The notes beneath the pieces are model-generated. The model was given only the letters and a program-made list of their open reading frames with translations, did not search any database and was not told the DNA's origin. DNA of 52,528 bases from the NCBI RefSeq assembly GCF_001194135.2, contig NC_068982.1, forward strand, positions 70,600,994 to 70,653,521, written 5' to 3'. The translations under genes were made by a program, and so were the position numbers. The DNA comes from Octopus bimaculoides. Taxonomy: Eukaryota. Below, piece by piece: positions 1 through 10,710 of the stretch; the stretch's first letter is position 1; every line of letters begins with the position of its first letter.

Positions 1-1213
1 ATATATATATATATATATATATATACATTATATGCATGCATGCTGGAAGATATATATAAATATACATTGTGAGAGTGTGTGTATGTGTGTGTGTGTACAC
101 ATACGTATATATACATACATATATGTATCTATACACACACACATATGTATGTGTATATATATATATATTTACCCACTCATATACACATATACACATATAT
201 AACTTATAGTATATGTATATATATGTATACATACATTTATGTATATATATGTATACATACATTTATGTATATATATGTATACATACATTTATGTATAATT
301 GTATACATATATATGCGTGTGCGGATATATGCGGAGCGTATGCCTGTATATGTGTACATATATATATATGTCGCATTACTAACGAGGGTTGTAAATATTC
401 GATACAAATGATTCATATATGTTTAATAACATAGATTGTTTGCTAATTATAAGAAGAATTGTAAAGAAGTCTGGAGCTTAATATAGACAAAATAACGTCG
501 GAGTGGCTTTGATAATGAATAACCTGTCACAGACCATTGTCAAACTTATTCTTAGGAAGGCAAGGTGTCTTTCTGTATAAATTGTGTGAGTGTGAGCGTG
601 TGTGTATATTTGTTCATGTGTGTATGTGTTGTGTTTATGTATGTGTATTTGTGTGAGTGTGCATGCGTGAATGTGTGTGTGATATTTGCATAAAAGTAGA
701 CGTATATTTATATGAACGCTTATAATTAAGTTCGTAGATCTCAGTGCGTAGATATAGGTGCATGGATATTTAGAAACGCATACACAGATGAAAATACAGA
801 AGCACATACATACAATCATACATACATACATCCATACATACATACATTCATACATACATACGTTCATACATACATACATACATACATACATACGTACATA
901 CGTACATACATACATACATAAACACGCTCAAACACATATGTGCGCGCGAACAAACGCGCATATACATTACTCCATACATACGTCTATACTTACGTGTATA
1001 GTAATTAGATGTGCTGTATAAGTGTGTAGATATATATGGGTGGATATGTATGTATGCGTAAACACACAGGGTTCTATACGCTCATGTATATGTATGTATA
1101 TTTTTACATACATCTGCGTGCGTGCATTAGTATTTCTGTGTATGTGTGTGTGTGTGCTTGTGCGCTTTAGTGTGCATGTACATATGTATTTATACATAGA
1201 TGCGTGTAATTCT

Positions 1214-1244
<31 letters not shown>
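1..1244. repeat. Degenerate (TA)n/(TACA)n/(TG)n microsatellite field
   Basis: Direct sequence; gives low-complexity YIYI/THTH/CVCV ORFs in all frames. Confidence 0.95.
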
Positions 1245-1595
1245 NNNNNNNNNNNNNNNNNNNNNNNNNNNNNNNNNNNNNNNNNNNNNNNNNNNNNNNN
1301 NNNNNNNNNNNNNNNNNNNNNNNNNNNNNNNNNNNNNNNNNNNNNNNNNNNNNNNNNNNNNNNNNNNNNNNNNNNNNNNNNNNNNNNNNNNNNNNNNNNN
1401 NNNNNNNNNNNNNNNNNNNNNNNNNNNNNNNNNNNNNNNNNNNNNNNNNNNNNNNNNNNNNNNNNNNNNNNNNNNNNNNNNNNNNNNNNNNNNNNNNNNN
1501 NNNNNNNNNNNNNNNNNNNNNNNNNNNNNNNNNNNNNNNNNNNNNNNNNNNNNNNNNNNNNNNNNNNNNNNNNNNNNNNNNNNNNNNNNNNNNNN
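1245..1595. other. Assembly gap (N run)
   Basis: N run flanked by (TA)n. Confidence 1.
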
Positions 1596-1602
1596 ATATA
1601 TA

Positions 1603-1636
<34 letters not shown>

Positions 1637-1641
1637 TACAC

Positions 1642-1674
<33 letters not shown>

Positions 1675-1693
1675 CATATATATATACACACAC

Positions 1694-1757
<64 letters not shown>

Positions 1758-1800
1758 ATATATATATTTGTGTGTGTGTACATATATATACGTATGCATA
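1596..1800. repeat. (TA)n/(TACA)n/(TATG)n microsatellite
   Basis: Direct sequence. Confidence 0.95.
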
Positions 1801-1956
1801 TATGCATATGTATGCTTGTGAATGTGTTATGCGTGTGCATATATACCATTCACAATTGAAAAAGAAAACAAAAACAAGTTAGCTAAGATCCAGTCTTGTT
1901 GCTTTATTCGTTTTTGTTATTTACGTTTTTTTTCCTCTATCTAGTTTACTTCACAC

Positions 1957-2025
<69 letters not shown>

Positions 2026-2105
2026 TATAATAATGAGAAGAAGAAGAAGAAGAAGAAGAAGAAGAAGAAGAAGAAGAAGAAGAAGAAGAAGAAGAAGAAG
2101 AAGAA

Positions 2106-2151
<46 letters not shown>

Positions 2152-2163
2152 TTGACGACGACG
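1957..2163. repeat. Compound trinucleotide microsatellite (AAT)n-(AAG)n-(GAT)n-(GAC)n
   Basis: Direct sequence; abutting near-pure blocks. Confidence 0.95.
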
Positions 2164-2232
2164 ATGATTTCTTTATTAAATAGGCTTCTCATTGAATTTT
2201 CGTGTATGCTTTTGTTTTTCTACCTTTTACAT

Positions 2233-2440
2233 TTGGCAGAATCGTTAGGACGTCGGGCAAAACGCTTAGCGGTATTTCGTCGGCCTTTACGTTCTGAGTT
2301 CAAATTCCGCCGAGGTCGACTTTCATCCTTTTGGAGTCGGTAAATTAAGTACCAGTGAAACACTGGAGGTCGATGCAATCGACTGGTCCCCTTCCCCAAA
2401 ATTTCAAGCTTTGTGCTTTTAGTAGAAAGGATTATTATTA
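2233..2440 (+). mobile_element. tRNA-derived SINE, family A ((ATT)n tail)
   Basis: Head TGGCAGAATCGTT (A-box-like), GAGTTCAAATTCC (B-box-like), body GGTCGACTTT..CATCC, tail TAGAAAGGATTATT; more than 15 related copies in the window. Confidence 0.85.
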
Positions 2441-2450
2441 TAATTAAGAC

Positions 2451-2630
2451 TGCGAGCTGACAGAATCGTTAACACGTCGGGCAAGATGCTTAGTGACATT
2501 TCGTGTCTTTACGTTCTGAGTTCAAATTCCACCAAGGTCAACTTGCCTTTCAATCCTTTCAGGGTCAATAAATTAAGTAGCAGTCAAATACTGAGAGCGA
2601 TGTGAACGTCCATTCCCTTTCCCCCAAAAT
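2451..2630 (+). mobile_element. SINE family A, second tandem copy
   Basis: Same head and body, directly after the previous tail. Confidence 0.8.
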
Positions 2631-2642
2631 TGGTCTGATAGT

Positions 2643-2644
<2 letters not shown>

Positions 2645-2683
<39 letters not shown>

Positions 2684-2751
2684 CGTGTGTATTTGTCGGT
2701 GAGTGGACGTCATTGGTAGTTGATGGTGACAGTTACGGTGACAGATGTAAT

Positions 2752-2782
<31 letters not shown>

Positions 2783-2900
2783 GGTGATGATGATGATGAG
2801 GAGGAGGAGGAGGAGGATCATGACCATGACGATCTTGATGGCTGCTAGTGCTGATGAAGATGACGACCTCAACAACGACGATGATGATGTTGATAATGAT
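2645..2900. repeat. (TG)n then (GAT/GGT/GAG)n low-complexity tract
   Basis: Direct sequence. Confidence 0.9.
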
Positions 2901-3349
2901 GATAGAGAAGAGGAAACGGAGGGGCAACGAGGTGGGTGACTGTAATATTGGCAGGCAGCTATGGTGGATGGTAGTTGTGTGGTGGCTCCTATTCTTGTCG
3001 AGCCTGTTTCAGTTTTGTTTTCCGTTTTTGTTTATTAATATTTCTATTTCGTTTGCCTATTTCGTTTGTCATTGTTGTCTCTGAACGTGATCGTCACTAT
3101 GCCCACCTATAATAGTTACTACATATATTCAAGTGTTTTCTGTTAAATATTGATTATTGATTTGTTACCTTCATGGAGGAGAAAAAACAGAAATAAATAT
3201 AAATACAAACACATATTTGTTACTATATTAAACAGGTTTTTTATATTAACACATTGTGATAGAAGTATCAGGTTTTCTGTTGACAAGCTAATAAGGAACC
3301 GTCATTTATTTTAACAAATTATAACAGTTTATCATTATTGCTATTGAGT

Positions 3350-3572
3350 GAAAGGCAGCGAGCCGGCAGAATCGTTAGCACGCGAGGCAAAACGCTTAAC
3401 GGCTTTACGTTCTGAGTTCAAATTCCGCCGATGTCGACTTTGCCTTTCAAATTCCTTCTGGGGCCGAAAAAATAAGTACCCATTGAATATTGGGATTGAT
3501 ATAATCGACCTACCTTCCACTCCTGAACTTGTTGGCTTTGTGCCCAAATTTGAAACCCTCATTACTATTGAT
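3350..3572 (+). mobile_element. SINE family A
   Basis: GGCAGAATCGTTAGC...GTTCTGAGTTCAAATTCCGCC...ATTACTATT. Confidence 0.85.
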
Positions 3573-3574
3573 TG

Positions 3575-4024
3575 AGAAAGCAGCACACGCCATCTAAGTG
3601 ACGCTGAGGTACAAATATACGAAGCCCAATATACCCATCATGACTATCCGTCTGATCGGGGTACATTAGGCACGTGCATCACAACCATATGTGCGCGACA
3701 TGGTGATTTCATATCAAGATAAATAGCGTACGACCTTGCAGGTGAGGGCCCATTTAGAATTTTCTTCAGGTTGAGCAGCTCATCCTGCTCAAAAGGTCCC
3801 TGAATAAGGTTTGTTTAAGGATGATGAACGAAACACCCATGTTTCCAGAGGTGAATTGTTCAAACCCCAAATGATTCCTCTCAACACATAGCTATGATGC
3901 TCTCCCACTACTTCTGCTCGTCAGCCACCAAAAAGCATGCTCAACTGGTAAAGGTCAAACAACTGACAAGCAAATCTGTGGTATTGAGCAGAATATTTGC
4001 TGTAGCCCATCTTTTATACCAAGA

Positions 4025-4025
<1 letters not shown>
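3575..4025. repeat. Unclassified dispersed repeat; partial second copy at ~4885-5040
   Basis: CTCAACACAT(A/G)G(C/T)TATGATGCTCTCCC and GACAAGCAAATCTGTG..AATATTTGCT occur at both sites. Confidence 0.6.
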
Positions 4026-4026
<1 letters not shown>

Positions 4027-4057
<31 letters not shown>

Positions 4058-4124
4058 CATTATTATTATTATTATTATTATTATCATCATCATCATCATC
4101 ATCATCATTATTATTATTATTATT

Positions 4125-4203
<79 letters not shown>

Positions 4204-4225
4204 GCGTCATTTTCATCATCATTAG
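4027..4225. repeat. (ATT)n/(CAT)n microsatellite
   Basis: Direct sequence (poly-I/poly-M ORF artefacts). Confidence 0.95.
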
Positions 4226-5499
4226 TTTAATACTGGCTTACACGTGTTGTCATGTTTTTGATGGGCCTACAAATCAGTTTCTTCCTATGTAGTTTGAAAG
4301 TGAAGTCCAATCTCTTCCCGATCAACCACACAAGCTCATGTACTGTAACAAGATTATAATTGTTATGGAAAGGCCGTGCCTATGGTCTTTCACAAATTCT
4401 CCCGAACTGGTGGTAGGGTAGAGAAGGAGTGAAGGAAGGAAGGTATCCGCAAACCAAAGAACTGACCCGATTACCTGCATAAGTGGACTCCGTTAAAGAC
4501 ACAAAATATTCCAAGGAGCGTTATTAAATCTGACGGCGGATTAATTTTCCCATCCATTTAAGCCATGGCGGGATTTGAACAGTTTTATCGTAACGATTGA
4601 TTGAGAAATAATCACATCTTAGGAATGAGAGGTGACCGACCGGTGAGGTAGCAAAACTGAAAAATATAAAATCACCTTTTTGGTTCTAATGCAGTTATGG
4701 CGAATCTTTTCACTATGTGTAACGAAATTATAATTTATTTAATAACCCTATTACACGGCGTGACACGATTTTTGTCCTTGGGTAGCATCTGTTCTTTCCT
4801 ATTTGCTCACCCCCAGAAAATATCAAAAATGGCTAATATTTCTATCAAACTTTGTTTTTGTTACATTTATTCAAACCTCAAAGACTCCTTCTCAACACAT
4901 GGTTATGATGCTCTCCCGTTACTCCTGCTCGTGATCAGAGATGCACATATTGTCTGCCACAAAGGGACATGCTCAAATGGTTAAGATCAAGCAAATGACA
5001 AGCAAATCTGTGATATTGTGCAAAATATTTGCTATAAAGATATTTCTGTTTCAGCAACTCAGCGCTGAATCTGTCTGAAATGTAATGGAAAATAGGTCAG
5101 TTCCAAACATTGATGTCCAGGTCACAAAAGCAAAGTTTGAGGGGAATAGTAGCCGTTTCCTTTGATTTCTAGATAGAAGCAAATAGGAAATAGCACTTAC
5201 TGACTAAAGATAAAAAGAAATTAAAATTTTTGTTACACAGTGTTATTGGTGTTACTTTCATATGCACGTATGCATTTATGTTTATAGATAAGCTTTTTAT
5301 AACATGAGAGAGATTGTCTTATTTTTTAGCTGTTACCTAAAATTCCGCATTGTGTCACGAAAGAGAATTTGTCTGCATCATAGGGGATGGCTGGTATGTG
5401 TGTGTGTGTGGGGGGGGTGTTTGTGTGCGTGCGTGTAACAACCTATTTCTATTCAATTCTAAGTTTATTGTGTACACATCAACAGGCCGGCATCTTCTG

Positions 5500-5643
5500 T
5501 TACCATCATCGTCACAGTATCATCGTCGTCGTAATCATCATCATCATCTCATCATTATTATCATCATCATCATCATTATCGTCATTATCATCATTATCGT
5601 CATCCTCATCATTATCGTTATCATCATCATCATCATCATCATC
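5500..5643. repeat. Degenerate (CAT)n microsatellite
   Basis: Direct sequence. Confidence 0.9.
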
Positions 5644-6201
5644 TGATAGTTCTTCATTTTAGCATGGTTGCCCGGATTGTTACAGTCCGAATCGGTTCTT
5701 GTTCAGAGTTACTGCACTCCTTGAACGATTGGGGACCATGTCTCTCTTGTATGTTCCACTTTTTAACATAATATCTACGGCTGGGTACCCATCTGACACC
5801 AACTACTTAATGGAGTGTTCTGGGTGCATCTTGTGGCACCAACATTAGAGAGGCTATGTTACTCACGGCAAATCAAATGATTTCTCTCTAGATCATCATT
5901 GTTTGTTTGCTAACAGCTTTGTAGAGTGTAGTGGGTGCATTTTATTGTTGCACCAGCATTAGCGAGGATTCCTTATATCTCGCAAGACCAAAAAGTCCTC
6001 ATCACGTTGTCTACGTCTGCTGAAGGGAACATGACTAAGAGTGAAGAGGAAAAAGTGAACGATGAATGAAGAACAATCAAAGACAGAAAGTGAAAGAAAA
6101 GAGACAATATGAAGGGAGAAGCAGAGTGACTGGAGCGAGTGTAGTAGAGGAAGGAGTAGTGAGAGAGAGTCAATTATAGCAGCTATATGTCTGTTATTAG
6201 T

Positions 6202-6591
6202 GGAGGCGCAATGGCCCAATGGTTAGGGCAGCGGACTCGCGGTCATAGGACCGCGGTTTCGATCCCCAGACCGGGCGTTGTGAGTGTTTATTGAGCGAAA
6301 ACATCTAAAGTTCCATGAGGCTCCGGCAGGGGATGGTGGCGAGCCCTGCTGTACTCTTTCACCACAACTTTCTCTCACTCTTACTTCCTGTTTCTGTTGT
6401 GCCTGCAATTCAAAGGGCCAGCCTTGTCACACTGTGTCACGCTGAATATCCCCGAGAACTACGTTAAAGGTACACGTGTCTGTGGAGTGCTCAGCCACTT
6501 GCACGTTAATTTCACGAGCAGATTGTTCCGTTGATCGAATCAACTGGAACCCTCGTCGTCGTGAGCGACGGAGTGCCAACAACACAACAAC
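6202..6591 (+). mobile_element. Near-complete tRNA(Arg)-like SINE, second family
   Basis: A-box TGGCCCAATGG, TCG in the anticodon-like loop, B-box GGTTTCGATCC, (CAA)n tail; flanked by ATGTCTGTTATTA (6187-6199) and ATGCCTGTTATTA (6592-6604), a 12/13 TSD. Diverged body copies at ~26010-26170, ~27110-27250 (-) and ~40540-40650. Confidence 0.85.
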
Positions 6592-6884
6592 ATGCCTGTT
6601 ATTAAGAGAGTGATAGAGCGAGCAATGAAGGGTAACAGAGCGAAGAGCATGGAAGAGAGAAATGGATATCAATAATGTATAATGGACCTTACGATTAAGA
6701 AAGATGATGAGAGAATGTATTGAACACAGTCAAGTTCAATGCATTTCTCATACAGATACCGTTATGGAAGAGAGGAGAATCAAATTTGATGCAGACCTTC
6801 GTGAGGGGATTGTCTAAGTTATAACTGAGAAGGTATCAAAGAGAAGCGGGTAGCAGATGAAGACTTAACAAGAATACACTAGAC

Positions 6885-7031
6885 CAGTGGTTCCCAACCT
6901 GTGGTTCGCAAAGCTAGTACTGGGGGTCCGTGAACATGTTAAGCTGACAGACCTTTCAATAGCTTGGGGTCTGTGAGAAAACTCATTTAAATAAAAGGGT
7001 TCCTTGGTAGTGGAAATATTGGGAACCACTG
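6885..7031. mobile_element. hAT-type MITE, 147 bp
   Basis: Perfect 13-bp TIR CAGTGGTTCCCAA / TTGGGAACCACTG; 8-bp TSD CACTAGAC / CACTTGAC (7/8). CAG start plus 8-bp TSD is typical of hAT. Confidence 0.85.
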
Positions 7032-7242
7032 CACTTGACAGTAAGTAATAAAACGTAGCATACGAAGAGATCATTGTTGCTATTGTGTTGCTTATGACAA
7101 GTCTGAGCTTGATTATTCTTACAGCTGCCCTGAACATCTCGATTGCTTTATCTATTTAACTTTCTACCTGTGATATGCTTCTTCTATCCACCCCGGGAGG
7201 AGTCTGACTGAAGTTCTTCTCTGTCTTATTTCTTTTACACAG

Positions 7243-7367
7243 CAGATTCTACTTAACTACGTCCAGGCATCGCCACGATCCCGTCAGATATATACTTCGT
7301 CGTGCCGACATTGACTGTGGAAATCCTGAAGTTTGGCACCTGACAGGCAAGTGGGAGTTTTCTGGTG
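7243..7367 (+). CDS. Candidate isolated internal coding exon, unknown protein
   Basis: Polypyrimidine tract + ACAG(CAG) acceptor, GTAAGT donor at 7368-7373; one open frame RFYLTTSRHRHDPVRYILRRADIDCGNPEVWHLTGKWEFSG. No family recognised and no partner exon found. Confidence 0.3.
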
Positions 7368-7736
7368 GTAAGTATATAGGTTGAACTGTTTGATGTTCGT
7401 TTTCTGCATCTGAAAGGGAACGAGCTGGGTGGTAATGCTAACTTTTGATGGCAGTTTAGGGCTTCTCATGCATGGTCAGATGTTCCTGCTTGACTTTTTC
7501 ACAATCGCACTTTGCACTAGCATGTTAAGTGTTAATCCTGTTTAGAAATTATTTCTTTTTTAATGTATTTGTGACTGTCGCGATTTTGTCATGATTTTCC
7601 TTTTTTCCACTGAAGTGGCCTTCTTGCCATCAATCACTTTACACCAAGACTTAGCCATGGTACAGATTGGATAGAACCACATATGTGGTTGCACTGGGTG
7701 CACAAATTTTCAAAAGGAGAAAAAAAAAGGAAGTAG

Positions 7737-7855
7737 TAATAATCCTTTCTAGTATAGGCACAAGGCCTGAAATTTATGGGAGGGGTAATCGGTTACATTG
7801 ACCAGAATAAAAGGAAGAGTCGACTTTGGGGAAGTTTGGATTCGGATTAAATACC
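7737..7855 (-). mobile_element. 3' half of a family A SINE split by the ORF1-only element
   Basis: Reverse complement of the GTCGAC...CAGGCCTTGTGCC..TAGAAAGGATTATT tail. Confidence 0.7.
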
Positions 7856-9539
7856 AATTTCTTTATTACCCAAAAAAGGCTATACAAAGAGTTTTTATAG
7901 GACATCACAAAACATAAAGACAGTACAAAACGCAACAAACATAAAATCGGGGAACTAAAAATTACAAAAGCGAATGATAATAGTAGAAGAAAAATTAAAA
8001 TAAGATGATAATATGCAAGAATGAAAAAATGGGGCGCAATGTCCACTCGACCCCCGAAGTCGGGTGGTTACATTTATCCAGTTTTTCACTTTTACTTAAA
8101 CATCATGTATACATTTTAACGGTTTTGCAACTCAAAAAATTGAAACACTCGCGTTATTTTTCTCCCATTAATCACTGTTACTTCCGTCTTTATCAACTGC
8201 AAATAATCAGTTTTAGCGGGTGGTGTCTCCACCAACCAAACCCGTTTCGTTGTTACATTTTCACCAAGTTCTTTTATGTACTCCCAGTAGTTTTCCTCTT
8301 GTATTAAAATGCATTTCTCAGCACAGGTTTCCGGTATCTTCACTCTTATTATTTCCTCCAACTTTGCGATTTTTCTGTCCATCTGCTCACTCTTCTCGTA
8401 CTTTATCAAAACCCCCTTGTATTTTACATCTTTATCCGTTCTCTCCTCCTCTTCTTGTGCATTATTAGTTTCTGGCTTTTCTATCTCTTTTTTGTTTTCT
8501 GTTGACCGTTCCTTTGACTTATTTTTCTTTCGCTTTTTAGGGTTAGTAGCCCCATTTTCGTTCTTCTCCTTTGTTTCCTCTGTTTCACACTTCTGTCTCT
8601 CTTTCATTTCTTCAGTATGGTCTACAATGTTTTCCTCCCCTGCTTGTGTTTTCTCTTGCTATGGCTGTGTGAACTCATATAGGGGGCATTTGGTCTTCAT
8701 ATGCCCTCTCTCCCTGCATATGTAACAATTTGGTTTCCTTCCCTTGACTACAACATTTAACGTTCTCTCATCCTCCACTTCTATCTGGTAGGGGATTCTT
8801 TCTATGTCCTCGAAAATGGCAAAAAGCCACATTTCGAGTCCAAATCCCCAACAGTTGCGCACTTTTGTTTCCGCCACTGGTCCCAATTCCGGATTCTCCT
8901 TGGTTGCAGCCAGAACTGTTGCAACCAACCACTCCGGTTTAATTTCTGGTGGCACTCTCGGAATACGTATTCTCACACTTCTTCTTCCTCTATAACTTGG
9001 TAGTAGTGCTATTTTTGTGTTTCTTAAAATGTTGGCCGCATGTTTGGTTGCCTCTTCTATTGGTTACCTCACCTCTACCGTACCGAACTTTCTTCCTCTG
9101 CTGATGTACGTGGCTTCATTCACAATTTCACCCAGGCACTCCTCGATTTCCTCTTCCGTCACCATTTCACTTTTACTGGTCTCGACAGCCTGTGTACGAT
9201 ACACAACTGTCCTCGGAATTTTATCTTCCTTGGTCTCTGGGGGGGGGGCAATTTGTATGAGTCTCCCTCTAATTCTATCAAATTCCTGCTTCTGCTCACC
9301 TCCTCTATATCCAACTTGATCAACCTGGTTTCCAGCGGCACTGGCTTCTTCGCCGTAGCGGCCCTTGCGTAGCTCTCCATACTGGAGACACTACCACTCG
9401 CCACAGCTAGGGAGAAAAATGCAGTGGCTCGAGTTACAACAATGAATTTTTTAAAAATCACAATTATTCACAGACAGCTTACAGTAATTCACACAGTTTT
9501 CACAGAGCAACACAGCAGTATTCACAATAATTCACAGAG
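7856..9539 (-). mobile_element. ORF1-only (HAL1-like) L1/Tx1-derived element, ~1.7 kb
   Basis: Short 5'UTR, disrupted ORF1, T-rich 3'UTR ending TAGCCTTTTTTGGGTAATAAAG; no ORF2; sits between two halves of one SINE. Confidence 0.7.
8116..9380 (-). pseudogene. Disrupted LINE ORF1/gag-like protein with CCHC zinc knuckle
   Basis: Starts MESYARAA; one frameshift at the G run ~9239-9248 and two in-frame stops; knuckle CYICRERGHMKTKC (CX2CX4HX4C); charged K/E-rich C-terminus. ORFs 8659-8976 and 8116-8607 share a frame. Confidence 0.8.
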
Positions 9540-9600
9540 ACGAAATACCGCTAAGCATTTCACCCGGCGTTCTAACGATTCATTCAGCTCACCGCCTTAA
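9540..9600 (-). mobile_element. 5' half of the split family A SINE
   Basis: Reverse complement reads TTAAGGCGGTGAGCTGAATGAATCGTTAGAACGCCGGGTGAAATGCTTAGCGGTATTTCG. Confidence 0.75.
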
Positions 9601-10599
9601 GTAGAGTAGTAATAATAAATAAATAAATTAATTAATTAATTAAATAGTCCCACCACTCTCGTCGCAATATTCACCTTGCCTTGGGCGCTGACAACGTCAC
9701 TGGGTTTCAATTTTAAATTTTATTGTTACATTAGCACTAGATATGTTATCTGGCAGGACTAAAGGATCCCCTCTGCTCTGCACCAGTTTTTATTCGGTGT
9801 CACTGCTTTTCTGTCCAGATTTCTTTTACCGCCGTTTGTAGAATTCACGTCTCGTCGTACAGAATTTTGTTGAAATCCTATGAGTCCCAATGGTTCTCTA
9901 TGTGTGATTAGAAGAAACAAGAGAGGTTATTAATGCACTGAGATATGTGTATGGGTGATATGAGCGAAGTTGCTATGCTTTAAATGTGGATCGGAATATG
10001 AGCCGTGGACGTACACTGTAGCAGAGAGATCTGACAGGTAACATCTGATAGATTCAAGCACTTAGATATATGGATATTTGCAAGCAGGGGCATGTTCCGA
10101 CAGATATACATTAACACACAGAATGGGAAGGTGTGAATGGGAGGGAGGAAAAGAGAGGGAGATGAGAGGGGAAGGGATGAAGGGAAAGGAGGATAAGCGG
10201 AGGGGCGGGAAGAGGGGGGAACAGACATAATAGAACTGACACAAAGAGAGAGCGTGAGAGAAGATTTGAAAGTCAAAAGGAAACCGACACAATGGAGCGG
10301 AAATCAGTTTAAATAAATAAAATAAAATAAAGCTTGTCCATCTTTAATCCCGTCTAATGGATTATTGTTGGTTTGGTGAATAAATAAATAAATAAATAAA
10401 TGAAGGTATAACTCATAGACAGATAAACAGGCAAGTCATCATTAAATATAAAATATCAATAATCATCATTAAAGTATATGCCATCACATGTGAAGAAAAA
10501 TTTTAAAACAGCCAGTCACTATCAAATGTAAACGCAGACAGCAGTTGGCTTATTGGTTGGTTAGTTGGTTGGCTGGCCAGACATACTATCTGTTTTTGT

Positions 10600-10710
10600 C
10601 GGTATCATTAGCACGACGAACAAAATGCTCAGCGGCATTTCGTCCGGCTTTATGTTCTGAGTTCAAATTCCGCCGAAGTCGACTTCGCCTTTCATCCTCT
10701 CGGGGTTGAT
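10600..10710 (+). mobile_element. SINE family A 5' part, cut off by a Tx1 LINE
   Basis: GTTCTGAGTTCAAATTCCGCCGAAGTCGAC; RT sequence follows immediately. Confidence 0.75.

Noticed and set aside
79-1882. Long ORFs rich in YI/TH/CV
   Set aside because: Translations of microsatellites and N-gaps.
3894-4292. Poly-I / poly-M ORFs
   Set aside because: (ATT)n/(CAT)n translation.
6202-6275. tRNA-Arg(TCG)-like sequence
   Set aside because: Continues into a SINE body with tail and TSD and has no proper acceptor stem, so it is a SINE head, not a tRNA gene.
9940-10040. Possible exon LLCFKCGSEYEPW ending CAG|GTAACA
   Set aside because: In-frame stop just upstream and no convincing acceptor.
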